Below are positions 30,496 to 40,879 of a stretch of DNA of 64,000 nt, piece by piece. The stretch is from positions 170,495 to 234,494 of the forward strand of contig JAJYDF010000001.1 of assembly GCA_021777765.1 (NCBI GenBank). The letters run 5' to 3'. Origin of the DNA: Pseudomonadota bacterium (GTDB lineage Bacteria; Pseudomonadota; Gammaproteobacteria; DASZBR01). Made by a program: the position numbers and the translations under genes. The notes under the pieces were generated by a model that saw only the letters and a list, made by a program, of their open reading frames with translations, was not told the origin of the DNA and made no database searches. The stretch's first letter is position 1; the number at the start of each line of letters is the position of its first letter.

Positions 30496-31218
30496 TTATT
30501 CAAAATAAATTGATCTTTGCACCCCGTTAGACTCACACACCAACACATGCCCGGTTTTTTCCCAATCACTTAACACAATTCTTTTAGCAAAATGATTATT
30601 GATGTTGATCAATTCAATCGCTGGCCGATGTGTATGCCCATGAATTAATAATTCAGCTTGATATTTTTGTAAAATTCTGGGAATTTCACTGGCAGTGGCA
30701 TCCATAATCGCTAATGTTTTTTCTTGAATTTGTAATTTGCTCCGTTCACGTATTTGCCGTGCTATATCTGTGCGAGTGTTAAGCGATTTGCGTAAAAATA
30801 AGAATTGTGTCAAAGAATTTCTCACTTTTTTACGAAATTTTAAATAGGCGATATCTTGCGTACATAAAGTATCACCATGCATTAAAATTGTCTTTGTTCC
30901 ATAAAGATCAATAATTTTGATGTCTTTTAATAATTTCACTCCGCATTGCTTCATATATCTTTTGCCGATCAAGAAATCACGGTTACCATGCATAAAATAA
31001 ATTTTGCAATTTGTTAGGGATAAAGATTGTAATGCCTGCGCTACAGTTTTTGTGACAGACGTTTCAATGTCATCACCAATCCATACTTCAAAAAAATCAC
31101 CTAATATATAGAGTGCTTCTGCATTGTGTGCTTTATCTCGCAAAAATTTTAGAAAGAGTTCGACTAAGTCTGATCTATCTTCGGATAAATGCAGATCAGA
31201 AATAAATAAAGTGGTCAT
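30496..31218 (-). CDS. lpxH: UDP-2,3-diacylglucosamine diphosphatase LpxH
   Basis: MTTLFISDLHLSEDR…GDFFEVWIGDD…GNRDF calcineurin-like LpxH motifs; ATG overlaps pilP stop (ATGA). Confidence 0.85.
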   Translation of the reverse strand: MTTLFISDLHLSEDRSDLVELFLKFLRDKAHNAEALYILGDFFEVWIGDDIETSVTKTVAQALQSLSLTNCKIYFMHGNRDFLIGKRYMKQCGVKLLKDIKIIDLYGTKTILMHGDTLCTQDIAYLKFRKKVRNSLTQFLFLRKSLNTRTDIARQIRERSKLQIQEKTLAIMDATASEIPRILQKYQAELLIHGHTHRPAIELININNHFAKRIVLSDWEKTGHVLVCESNGVQRSIYFE

Positions 31219-31766
31219 GCGCTAATACCAGGCGATGAGGGTGTTGATTGATTGCTTAATGTTAATTCAATCAATTGTTGATAAGTAGTACCATTAAAAT
31301 TCAGCATTATTTTTAATATCACTTGATTAGTAGAAATATCAGTTACTTCAGCATTTTCTTTGCCAATTTTGTCGCCGATGGTAACAGTGGAGGTACTGCC
31401 ATCTGGCGAGGCGATAATGGCATAAAGTTGTGAATCGGAAGTGATTGTGCCAACCATGCGTAAATCACTCACCGCGTATTGATTCATATTTTGCGCTGGT
31501 GTAGTGACAGAATTATTTGGAACATTAGGTTGTGCTTGAAATGGATTTTTATTATTGCTGGAATAATTATTTGAATTTGAAGGCGGGCTAGTTGTAGTTG
31601 GGGCACTATTATCTGGAGATTTTAAAGTATTAGTAACTTGAGGTTGCTGAATAGTCTGCTCAGTTGAAGTTTGTTGTTTACTGCATGCGATTAACATAAA
31701 TGGTAGTAATGTCATTAATATCGCTGTTAAATTCTTTTTCATAGATTGATACCTAATTGATTTCAT
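31215..31766 (-). CDS. pilP: Type IV pilus assembly lipoprotein PilP
   Basis: Lipobox LIAC, Ser/Thr/Pro-rich linker, PilP C-terminal domain; follows pilO. Confidence 0.75.
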   Translation of the reverse strand: MKSIRYQSMKKNLTAILMTLLPFMLIACSKQQTSTEQTIQQPQVTNTLKSPDNSAPTTTSPPSNSNNYSSNNKNPFQAQPNVPNNSVTTPAQNMNQYAVSDLRMVGTITSDSQLYAIIASPDGSTSTVTIGDKIGKENAEVTDISTNQVILKIMLNFNGTTYQQLIELTLSNQSTPSSPGISA

Positions 31767-31805
31767 AATTTATAGTATACATCCGGCAAAACTTATGCGA
31801 TTGAT

Positions 31806-31879
31806 ATCCCGGGTTTCGCCTGAGAATTTAAATAATTTTTTTGAGTTACATAATTTATTAATATTAACAATTTTTTCAT
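31806..31879. repeat. REPIN half-copy (right half) between pilO and pilP
   Basis: atcccgggtttcgcc...tttggctgcacccaggctacg. Confidence 0.8.
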
Positions 31880-31894
31880 TTGGCTGCACCCAGG

Positions 31895-32503
31895 CTACGA
31901 TAGTATGTAAACATTGATAGTCATGCTCATCACTAATTTATCTGCATTAGTTGGTGTGCTATCCATTGCAGTGCTTAATGCCGCATTGGCATGGCTCAAG
32001 TTAAATTCTGGTATTGTCATTAATGTTTTCATTTGACTCAGTAAATTCATAAAATTAATTAATTGTGGGTAATTGCCTGTTATTGTTATTTCTATTGGTA
32101 AAATTGAATAAAATGATTGTTTATTTAATGTTTGAGGCTTTATTGAATTAAATTGAATGCCGGCAGATTGACCTGCTTGTAAAATAGTATTAATGATAGA
32201 TTGATTATCAGTATCGGTAGAAATTTGTTGATGGAGGTCATTAGATTGTTTTTGCAATTGTAATAAATCTGAACGTTGTTGATTGAAAGCAGCAGTTTGT
32301 TGTGTTAATTGATCGATTTGTTGTTGTAATTGTTGATGACTATTGCGCTCTGTTATTAATTCTTTTTGCAATGCTCGAATATCATACCAGTAACCAATCA
32401 TAAAGATGCTCAAAAAGATAATCCCTGCATAAATCATTTTTTTAACCGCAGATTCTTTATGATTATCAGAAAAAGCCACTGCTTCGAATAAAAACTTTGA
32501 CAT
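31895..32503 (-). CDS. pilO: Type IV pilus assembly protein PilO
   Basis: Size, single N-terminal TM, coiled-coil, operon position. Confidence 0.75.
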   Translation of the reverse strand: MSKFLFEAVAFSDNHKESAVKKMIYAGIIFLSIFMIGYWYDIRALQKELITERNSHQQLQQQIDQLTQQTAAFNQQRSDLLQLQKQSNDLHQQISTDTDNQSIINTILQAGQSAGIQFNSIKPQTLNKQSFYSILPIEITITGNYPQLINFMNLLSQMKTLMTIPEFNLSHANAALSTAMDSTPTNADKLVMSMTINVYILS

Positions 32504-32515
32504 ATTTTATTGACC

Positions 32516-33082
32516 TTAGCTTAAGGGAAATTGGTATGTGGTATTAGTGGTAATGACAAAATCATTTTGATAGGGTGGTGTTGTATTATTAAATTTCATT
32601 TCATTGAGTTTTGCCTGGTTTAACAGTGTAGATTGATCAATATTTTGCATTAAGCTGGCCAGTTGTGCTGATGATACTGTTTTGCCAACCAAGGTCACTT
32701 GTTGATTATTTTGTGTCATGCTGATGATATAAATTCCCGCTGGTGTAATGTTACTTAATTGTGTGATCAATTGAATGGTTTGATTACGTTGAGTTTGTAA
32801 ATTATTAATGAAATTAATGCGTGATTTTAATTGAGTTATCTCTTTTTGGTTTTGTAAGGTGATGTCTTTTAATTGTTGTTGCTCAGTTAATTTTTGTTGT
32901 AAAGGCAATATCTGAGATTTGGTGGATTGTATTGCATATAACAACAAATAATGAAATGCAATCAAAGCAATTATGGCTAATAAAATGGTACTCATTATCA
33001 GCATCCACATTTTACGTGTGCGATTACTTTGTTGTTTGGCGCGCCAAGCCATCAAATTAATATTGGGTGTCATGTTTGCCAT
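32516..33082 (-). CDS. pilN: Type IV pilus assembly protein PilN
   Basis: Size, N-terminal TM, operon position between pilM and pilO. Confidence 0.75.
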   Translation of the reverse strand: MANMTPNINLMAWRAKQQSNRTRKMWMLIMSTILLAIIALIAFHYLLLYAIQSTKSQILPLQQKLTEQQQLKDITLQNQKEITQLKSRINFINNLQTQRNQTIQLITQLSNITPAGIYIISMTQNNQQVTLVGKTVSSAQLASLMQNIDQSTLLNQAKLNEMKFNNTTPPYQNDFVITTNTTYQFPLS

Positions 33083-34077
33083 TAGTCACTCGTTCGCATT
33101 GCTAATCCACAACAAATCATCCATTGATGGGCTTGTTGCAATAAAATTTGGCTGTCACAGTGATCAGCAAACGAGACATTACAGAAGGGGTTTGCCACAC
33201 TGCACGGAATGTTAAATTCTGCATTAAGATGAGCGCATAATGCAACACTATTGCAACCATCGCCACAAATCAGCAGATGTTTAACAGGGTCTGAGTGATA
33301 GTTGGCATAAAATGATTCAAGTATTTGCTGCATTTGTTGCGTCAGGATACTTTGACTGGGTAAAGGATTTTCCGTGGTATGAGTATTATTATCAAAACTT
33401 GTTAAGGAGATGGTACGAGTTAATAATGGTATCGCATGATGATATATCGAGAGGGTTGCCTGTCTTGGATTAATATTGATTACAGCGAATAAATGATTAT
33501 TTTCAATATACGCCGTTATAGCCGGTATCATATGACAAGCACGAATTATTGCTAATGAAGCAATATCAAATGTAGCAACATGTAAATTAATTTCACTTAA
33601 TGCCTTAATGCAATTATTTACCAAAGCTTTTTTAACGGCAGTAATCCAAATATCAATACAATCAGGATATTGCCGTGATTTCCCTAGGTGATAAAAATCA
33701 TAATTGATCGCTTCAGTGAGAGGGGAAAAATATTTCATATAATCTAACGCGATTTGATTTTCAATTTCCTCGTCTGTACAACTTTTATCAAATCGGACAA
33801 TTTTATTCATGATGTTGTTATCAGCGATAGCAATAGCAGCATTTGCAGTATTGAAGCAAATGTTTTTGAGATGTTCGGATAATATATTTTTTAGTGATAA
33901 AGTATCGTTTTGTATCAATGTTTCAATGGAATGGTCGTTTTGATTTAAATGAGCAATAAAATAATTTTCTACTTGATACTGTTGTTTTCTCTTAGATAGT
34001 TCCAGAATTTTTATGGTAGTGTTAGTGAGATCTAAGCCAAGCAAATAATTTGATTTTTTATTTTTTTTAAATAGCAT
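33082..34077 (-). CDS. pilM: Type IV pilus assembly ATPase-like protein PilM
   Basis: Actin-like fold protein of expected size, divergent to PBP1A gene as in many gammaproteobacteria. Confidence 0.8.
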   Translation of the reverse strand: MLFKKNKKSNYLLGLDLTNTTIKILELSKRKQQYQVENYFIAHLNQNDHSIETLIQNDTLSLKNILSEHLKNICFNTANAAIAIADNNIMNKIVRFDKSCTDEEIENQIALDYMKYFSPLTEAINYDFYHLGKSRQYPDCIDIWITAVKKALVNNCIKALSEINLHVATFDIASLAIIRACHMIPAITAYIENNHLFAVININPRQATLSIYHHAIPLLTRTISLTSFDNNTHTTENPLPSQSILTQQMQQILESFYANYHSDPVKHLLICGDGCNSVALCAHLNAEFNIPCSVANPFCNVSFADHCDSQILLQQAHQWMICCGLAMRTSD

Positions 34078-34117
34078 TTTAAATTTCCATTTTAATTCTT
34101 ATATTAAAGAAATAAAT

Positions 34118-34294
34118 GTAGCCTGGGTGCAACCAAATAAATAAACCAATTAAATATATTGAATTATGTTTTACTAATAAAACGATTATATAATCTGGTG
34201 AAACCCGGGTTCCGCCAGTAATCTTTATAATTTAATTCGTATCGGAAATTCATACTATTTTATTAAATTTTTATTTGGCTGCACCCAGGCTACG
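34118..34294. repeat. REPIN/MITE-like element, full copy in the pilM-mrcA divergent region
   Basis: gtagcctgggtgcaaccaaataa...ggtgaaacccgggttccgccagtaatc...tttggctgcacccaggctacg. Confidence 0.85.
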
Positions 34295-34442
34295 TTTATT
34301 AAAAATATTAACAATATTTAAATCATTCGTGTAGCGATCATTTTGTAGTTTTTAACAAACAATGGGACAAATTCCTAACGATCCTGGCTAAAAATTTTGT
34401 TATACTAGCGACTTTGTATATCGCATAGGTGTCTATAACAAT

Positions 34443-36896
34443 ATGTTTAACTTTATTTGGCGTCTGTTGCCACGAAGTTTAGGGCTGTTTTTTAGTCTGT
34501 TGATTACATTGTTCGTTTGCGCCAGCCTCGTTTATATCTATTTCGAGAGTGAGCTGCCTGATGTCAATGAGTTAAAAGACGTACAGTTACAAATGCCACT
34601 GCAAATTTACAGCAGTGATGGCCAACTAATTGGACAATATGGTCCAGTACGCCGTATTCCGGTAACCATTGATCAAATCCCACAACAATTAATTAATGCG
34701 GTGCTTGCTACCGAAGATGAACGGTTTTATGAGCATGGTGGAATAGATGTTTGGGGATTAATGCGCGCAACTTTAGAATTTGCTACTACAGGCCATCCAT
34801 CACAGGGCGGTAGTACAATTACTATGCAAGTGGCCAGAAATTTTTATTTAACTCGCAAAAAAACAATTTCACGTAAATTACATGAAATGTTATTAGCAGA
34901 AAAAATTGATCATGATTTAAGCAAACAAAAAATTCTCGAATTATATCTCAATAAGGTTTATTTCGGTGAACGAGCGTATGGTGTAGGCGCTGCTGCGCAA
35001 GTGTATTTTGGTAAAACACTCAATCAATTGACGATTGCGCAAATGGCTATGTTGGCAGGTTTACCACAAGCGCCTTCCGCAGCTAATCCAATTATCGATC
35101 CTGATGCCGCTAAAAAACGTCGTGATCACGTATTAGAGCGTATGTTGGATCAAGGTTACATCGATCAACAAACTTATCAATTAGCAGTTGCAGAACCGAT
35201 CAATGCCAGTTTTCATGGTGAAGAAGTGCCAGTGCATGCGCCTTATGTCGGTGAAATGGTGCGTGATTTGATGGTCGCCAGTTTTGGTGATGATGCTTAT
35301 GTCAGTGGCTATCGTGTATACACAACAGTTGATTCGCATATGCAAGATGATGCTGATTTATCAGCAAGAACAGCATTATTAGCGTATGACAAACGTCATG
35401 GTTATCGTGGCCCGATGACCAATTGGGGTGCGCCACCGAGTCCCAATAATTTATATGCATGGCAAACAAAATTAAACACCATTGCAAAAGCAAATGCTTT
35501 AGTAGCAGGTGCTGTAATTAATGTGAATGATGATTCCGCATCGGTGTTATTGGGTACTGGTAAGATCATTAGTATTCCTTGGGATAATATGTCATGGGCA
35601 CGCCCCAAAATTGATGATGATACCTGGGGGCGTCAACCCACATCACCGTATGATATTTTAAAGCGGGGTGATGTTATCTGGGTGCAAAATGATCCGGATG
35701 GTAGTTGGTGGTTATCACAAATTCCGCAAGCACAATGTGCCTTTGTGTCATTAAACCCACAAAGTGGTGCGATTACTTCATTAGTCGGTGGTTATGATTA
35801 TCGATTAAGTAGTTTTAACCGTGTTATTCAAGCCCAACGGCAGCCCGGTTCTAGCTTTAAACCTTTTGTTTATGCGGCTGCTTTAGAAAAAGGCTTCACA
35901 CTGGCGAGTGTGATTAATGATGCGCCTATCGTGATATTTGATCCGGGCCAAGGAAAATGGTGGCGTCCGCAAAATGATACGCATAAATTTTATGGACCAA
36001 CGACTTTACGTACGGCTTTAACGCAATCGCGTAATTTAGTTTCAATTCGATTATTGCAAGATATTGGTATTAATTACGCAGTTAAATATGCGATGCGATT
36101 TGGTTTCAGCAATGATCAATTACCGCACAATTTAACATTGGCATTAGGTACTGCCGATGTAACGCCATTACAAATGGCTTCAGCTTATTCTGCTTTTGCA
36201 AACGGTGGTTATCAAGTTACGCCATTTATTATTGATCATGTCGTTGATCGCGATGGCAATGTGCTTTATCAATCTCAGCCTAAATTAGCTTGTTCGAATT
36301 GTATTGCTGATAGTAGTGCAAATGCGATCGCTGATGATGGTTCTGTGATGTCCACAGCCAATGCTTCAAGTTCAGCCAATGTGTCGCCTGATCAACAAGC
36401 GCCTCAAATTCTTTCACCAGAAATTGCTTATTTAATTACTTCAGCATTACAAAGTGTGATTCAAAATAATGCGGGTACCGGTCATAGCGCACAAATATTA
36501 AATCGTTCTGATGTGGCAGGAAAAACGGGTACAACCAGTAATTTTATGGATGCCTGGTTTGATGGATTTAACAGTGATGTGATGGCAACCGCATGGATTG
36601 GATATGATCAACCTAAATCAACGCATGAATGGGGTGCGCAAGCCGCATTACCTATGTGGATTCAATTTATGCAATTAGCATTAGCGAATAAACCTGAACA
36701 TACCATGCCAATTCCTCCCGGTATTGTTACGGAGCATGTAGATCCCAATACCGGACAAATTGTCAGCGCAAATCAAAGTAATGCGGTGACTGAATATTTT
36801 AAAAATGACACTGTTCCAGAAAATGGTGGATCGACGCAGCCTGAACCTGATCAGGGAAATGCGATGAAAGATCAGAATGGTGATCCTCTATTCTAA
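34443..36896 (+). CDS. mrcA: Penicillin-binding protein 1A (bifunctional transglycosylase/transpeptidase)
   Basis: N-terminal TM, GT51 motifs (EDERFYEHGGID, QGGSTITMQ), SSFKPF, KTGTT. Confidence 0.9.
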   Translation: MFNFIWRLLPRSLGLFFSLLITLFVCASLVYIYFESELPDVNELKDVQLQMPLQIYSSDGQLIGQYGPVRRIPVTIDQIPQQLINAVLATEDERFYEHGGIDVWGLMRATLEFATTGHPSQGGSTITMQVARNFYLTRKKTISRKLHEMLLAEKIDHDLSKQKILELYLNKVYFGERAYGVGAAAQVYFGKTLNQLTIAQMAMLAGLPQAPSAANPIIDPDAAKKRRDHVLERMLDQGYIDQQTYQLAVAEPINASFHGEEVPVHAPYVGEMVRDLMVASFGDDAYVSGYRVYTTVDSHMQDDADLSARTALLAYDKRHGYRGPMTNWGAPPSPNNLYAWQTKLNTIAKANALVAGAVINVNDDSASVLLGTGKIISIPWDNMSWARPKIDDDTWGRQPTSPYDILKRGDVIWVQNDPDGSWWLSQIPQAQCAFVSLNPQSGAITSLVGGYDYRLSSFNRVIQAQRQPGSSFKPFVYAAALEKGFTLASVINDAPIVIFDPGQGKWWRPQNDTHKFYGPTTLRTALTQSRNLVSIRLLQDIGINYAVKYAMRFGFSNDQLPHNLTLALGTADVTPLQMASAYSAFANGGYQVTPFIIDHVVDRDGNVLYQSQPKLACSNCIADSSANAIADDGSVMSTANASSSANVSPDQQAPQILSPEIAYLITSALQSVIQNNAGTGHSAQILNRSDVAGKTGTTSNFMDAWFDGFNSDVMATAWIGYDQPKSTHEWGAQAALPMWIQFMQLALANKPEHTMPIPPGIVTEHVDPNTGQIVSANQSNAVTEYFKNDTVPENGGSTQPEPDQGNAMKDQNGDPLF

Positions 36897-36897
36897 A

Positions 36898-36960
36898 TTT
36901 TTTTCCTTCTCCCACTTGCGGGAGAAGGTGCCTTCGGTAGATGAGGGTGGCTTAAAAAGA
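36898..36960. repeat. Repeat family 2 copy directly after mrcA stop
   Basis: tttttttccttctcccacttgcgggagaaggtgccttcggtagatgagggtggcttaaaaag. Confidence 0.75.
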
Positions 36961-37013
36961 ATGAGTAATTATTTCTAACGAGATTAGTAGTAAATTCAAG
37001 GAGAATCCAAACA

Positions 37014-38018
37014 ATGCAAACAAGATCATTAGGCAAACAAGGATTAAAAGTTTCCGCGCTCGGTTTAGGTTGTATGGGCATGTCTGAATATTACGGCGAA
37101 TTAGATAATACAGAATCATTAGCGACGTTAGATCGCGCATGGGATTTAGGCATCACTTTTTACGACACTGCCAATATTTATGGTATGGGTGAAAATGAAA
37201 AATTAATCAGTAAATTTGTGCAAAAACATTGTCATGAAATTGTTATTGCAACTAAATTTGGTATCGTACGTGATCCGAATGATCCCACTGCTCGTGGAAT
37301 TAATAGTAAACCAGAATATGTCATAAAATGTTGTGAAGAAAGTTTACAACGGTTAGGTATAGAAACAATTGATTTATATTATCAACATCGTGTCGATCAC
37401 AATACACCTATCGAAGATACTATCGGCGCAATGATTAAATTAAAAGAACAAGGCAAAATAAAATATTTAGGATTATCTGAAGCAAGTGCGGAAATTATTC
37501 ATCGCGCACATAAAACGCATCCTATTTCAGCATTACAATCTGAATATTCATTATGGTGCCGTGATATTGAATATAACGATGTATTAAAAACTTGCCGTGA
37601 ATTAGGCATTGGACTTGTGCCATATAGCCCCATTGGCAGAGGGTTTTTAACTGGAAAAATAACAGATATTGATCAATTAGACGCAAAAGATTTTCGTAGA
37701 AATTTACCGCGTTTCCAAGATGAAAATTTTCAACACAATTTTAAAATTGTAGAAATTGTGCAAAAAATGGCGCAAGAAAAAAATTGTACCGCGGCACAAT
37801 TAGCTTTAGCTTGGATAATTGCACAAGGCGATGACATGGTGCCAATTCCAGGAACAAAACGTCGCAAATATTTAGAAGAAAATGTGGGATGTTTAAATGT
37901 GCAATTAACTCACGACGAGATTAATCAATTAAGTGAATTATTACCGCCGGATGTTGCAAAAGGCACCAGATATACTGCTGAAGCAATGCGCGCGTTTGGA
38001 TTTGATAAAAAAGATTAA
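37014..38018 (+). CDS. Aldo/keto reductase family oxidoreductase
   Basis: GLGCMGMS…, full-length AKR (Tas/YajO-like) pattern. Confidence 0.8.
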   Translation: MQTRSLGKQGLKVSALGLGCMGMSEYYGELDNTESLATLDRAWDLGITFYDTANIYGMGENEKLISKFVQKHCHEIVIATKFGIVRDPNDPTARGINSKPEYVIKCCEESLQRLGIETIDLYYQHRVDHNTPIEDTIGAMIKLKEQGKIKYLGLSEASAEIIHRAHKTHPISALQSEYSLWCRDIEYNDVLKTCRELGIGLVPYSPIGRGFLTGKITDIDQLDAKDFRRNLPRFQDENFQHNFKIVEIVQKMAQEKNCTAAQLALAWIIAQGDDMVPIPGTKRRKYLEENVGCLNVQLTHDEINQLSELLPPDVAKGTRYTAEAMRAFGFDKKD

Positions 38019-38132
38019 TCTATTGTAGGTTGGACTGAGCAAGTGATTAATAATTTTAAATTGATGATATTGAATTTCCGGTAACATCAATTTAAAGTCC
38101 CTGCGAAGTCCAACAAATTATGGCAATCAATA

Positions 38133-38513
38133 ATGAAACTCTATATCTCGCATTCAACCGCTTTTGATTACATCAATCAGCTATATCTTCCATTAAAAAA
38201 ATCTGATTTATATGTGCATCATCAAATTATTTTACCGCATGATAATTCACCACAACCCAGCAATTCAAAAGAATTAATTGCTAATTGTGATTTAATCATT
38301 GCCGAAGTTTCATATCCTTCAACAGGACAAGGGATTGAACTGGGTTGGGCTGATGATTTAAATATCTCTATTTATGCAATTTATAGAGAGGGATTTAAAT
38401 ATTCATCAAGTTTGAATTTGATTGCAAAGGCGATTGATTGCTATCGAAATGAAAACCAATTGCTTGATGTTGTTTCGCGCATAATAGTATGTAGCCTGGA
38501 TGGAAGCAAATGA
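38133..38513 (+). CDS. Nucleoside 2-deoxyribosyltransferase-like protein (stop codon lies inside REPIN TIR)
   Basis: …CDLIIAEVSYPSTGQGIELGWA… resembles the D-x-G-x-x-F-E-L-G-Y-A active-site region; last codons tgtagcctggatggaagcaaaTGA are the REPIN terminus. Confidence 0.45.
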   Translation: MKLYISHSTAFDYINQLYLPLKKSDLYVHHQIILPHDNSPQPSNSKELIANCDLIIAEVSYPSTGQGIELGWADDLNISIYAIYREGFKYSSSLNLIAKAIDCYRNENQLLDVVSRIIVCSLDGSK

Positions 38514-38653
38514 AAAAATTATTTAAATATTGAGAAATGACATATGCATCTTAATTATTTCTTACACTGCTGAAATCCGGGAAATCAATTTTAATCCCGG
38601 GTTTCGCCTTTAGTATTAAATAATAATTTTCAATCGGCTTCACCCAGGTTGCG
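38491..38653. repeat. REPIN/MITE-like element, full (short) copy
   Basis: gtagcctggatggaagcaaatga...gaaatccgggaaatcaattttaatcccgggtttcgcc...ggcttcacccaggttgcg. Confidence 0.8.
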
Positions 38654-38727
38654 ATTGAAGTTAAGATACGTTTGCTGTTTGCAAATGGATTTAATTTGTT
38701 ATCTATTAATGTTGAGTTTAGTGCACG

Positions 38728-39111
38728 TCATAATAATTCATTCACATGTGTTGTTGAAGATTTGAATTTCAGTAATACAATAATTCCAGCAATTAATAAT
38801 ATTATTCCCATCAAGAGAATTGGCAAAGAAATATTTATTGCCGCAATTATTCCACCCATTGCTGCGGAAGAAGCTTCACCAAGCACTAACAATGCTTGAT
38901 TATTCCCTAGCGCCTGTCCTTGTTCTTTAGCTGTTACATGATGCGATAACCAAGCGGTACAAGTTGGTAAAGCCATCACTGTTGGTATAACTGCAAGACC
39001 ATAAACAAGCCAAATCCAAGAGAAATGCTTTGGAATGATAATCATAATAACGAGCAATCCACCCAATAAGAGTAAACTGCTTAATAATTTCGTTATTTCT
39101 TTCAACGGCAT
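38728..39111 (-). pseudogene. C-terminal fragment (4 TM helices) of an MFS-type transporter
   Basis: 127-aa ORF of only hydrophobic helices (…QALGNNQALLVLGEASSAAMGGIIAA…); no room upstream for remaining ~8 helices. Confidence 0.4.
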
Positions 39112-39192
39112 ACTTAGTAATTTCTAAATTAATTGATTAATGAATATGGATTAAAAGCTCAATTTAAAGAAATCCTAAAGTTTGTAAATTTG

Positions 39193-39924
39193 TTACCGCA
39201 TATATAAACCGCCGTTCACGTCCACAGTTTCGCCAGTCATAAATTCATTATCAATTAACATCGCTGCTACTTTTGCAATATGTTCCGGTTCACCTGTCTT
39301 TTTTAAGGGCGTCATTCCAATTACTTCTTTCATTTTTGAATCAGGCGTTACACCTTCATGAAACGGTGTTTGAATAACACCTGGTGCAATAGCATTAACA
39401 CGAATATGAGGTGCTAAATCTCTTGCAAGACTGCGCGTAAATACATCGAGTGCACCTTTTGCAGCAGCATAAATAGGCCCAACTGTGCCACCGCTGCGAA
39501 TAATTGCTGAAGTAATATTAATTACACAAGGTTCTAAGCCTTGTTGTAATAACGGGATACACAGCGATGATAAATACATCGCTGAATAAGTGTTTAACTT
39601 AAATAATTTCTCCATGAAATCCCAGGTAATATCTTGCGAATTATGTTGCTTAATTAAACCACCTGCATTATTAATCAAAACATCTAATTTCCCAAATTGA
39701 TGTTTCACAGAATCAACAAGATTTTTGCAGCCATATTCAGATGTCAAATTTGCCTGAATTAAATGTGCATTACCACCACTATTATTGACTTTCTGCGCAA
39801 CTTGATTAGCTTCTTTTTCTGAAGTGTTATAGTGAACAATTATCTGATTACCAGTTGCTAGATGGACTGCTATTGCAGCACCAATACCAGTGCTGGCACC
39901 AGTAACTAATATAATTTTTTGCAT
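39193..39924 (-). CDS. SDR family oxidoreductase (3-oxoacyl-ACP reductase-like)
   Basis: TGASTGIGAAIA, NNAG, S-Y-K triad. Confidence 0.75.
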   Translation of the reverse strand: MQKIILVTGASTGIGAAIAVHLATGNQIIVHYNTSEKEANQVAQKVNNSGGNAHLIQANLTSEYGCKNLVDSVKHQFGKLDVLINNAGGLIKQHNSQDITWDFMEKLFKLNTYSAMYLSSLCIPLLQQGLEPCVINITSAIIRSGGTVGPIYAAAKGALDVFTRSLARDLAPHIRVNAIAPGVIQTPFHEGVTPDSKMKEVIGMTPLKKTGEPEHIAKVAAMLIDNEFMTGETVDVNGGLYMR

Positions 39925-40010
39925 AGATTTTTCCAGTTAGACATGAGTTAGTATTGTCGTGAATTTATTGCGGTTAATCACATCATTATTAATCGCTATC
40001 AAATATAGAA

Positions 40011-40586
40011 TTATGCTTCAGATTCGAACTCTTCCGGATATTTTTCGCCTTTCGCTACATTTACAGGAAAAATATTATTTAATTTATTAATATCTTCTTG
40101 TGATAACTGAATATCTAACGCGCTTAAATTCTCTTCAAGATATTGAATTTTCTTGGTGCCAGGGATAGGTACAATATTTTTGTTATGCATTAATATCCAT
40201 GCCAATGCTAATTGCGCCTTACTGCAATTTTTTTCTTTAGCAATGACCCATTCAATCATTCGTTTACCAATACCTTTTCCACGATATAATTCATCTATGC
40301 GTACAGCTTCAATTTGACCACGTTTTCTGCCTTGGTATGTTAGATAGGGAATGAATGTTAATTGTAAAGTACCAATAATTTGTTCGCCATTTACTACCAC
40401 AATGAGATAGTTATTTTTATCTTTATCAATTTCATTAAATGCATCGTAATATTGTTGAGGCAGCGGATCTTGATAAGACTCACGTTGGTTTCCCAGTTGG
40501 TCATTTACTAATAGTCGTATAATATGAGGCACGTCCTCACGTTTAGCTATTCTTATATCAATATAATTCATCATTAATTTTCCCAT
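40011..40586 (-). pseudogene. In-frame chimera: GNAT acetyltransferase N-terminal region fused to aldo/keto-reductase C-terminal 75 aa
   Basis: N-part has GNAT motif A (RGKGIGKRMIEWVIAKEKN); C-part [40 protein letters not shown]… is ~60% identical to end of AKR 37014..38018 with nucleotide-level homology; junction at shared A(K/Q)EKNC. Confidence 0.6.
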
Positions 40587-40879
40587 ATGCGCCTAATTTC
40601 ATGTCGTGTGATAAATGAATATGTTTAGAATGGTTTGTATTCTCATACATTAGCACTCTGTAAAGTCAGATAATTTTATGAGATAATCGCTGCATAAACT
40701 CCTAATTTGATAAGTTTTTATCAAAATGCCATTCAGGATAATATATAAAATGCATTTATAGTATACTCAAAATTTATTTATTTCTTAAATACATTATACA
40801 AATTATATTAAATTTTCTAATACAGAATCGATTTTATATTGCAAATTTTGCGATAATAAAAAACTATAGGAGAATTATT

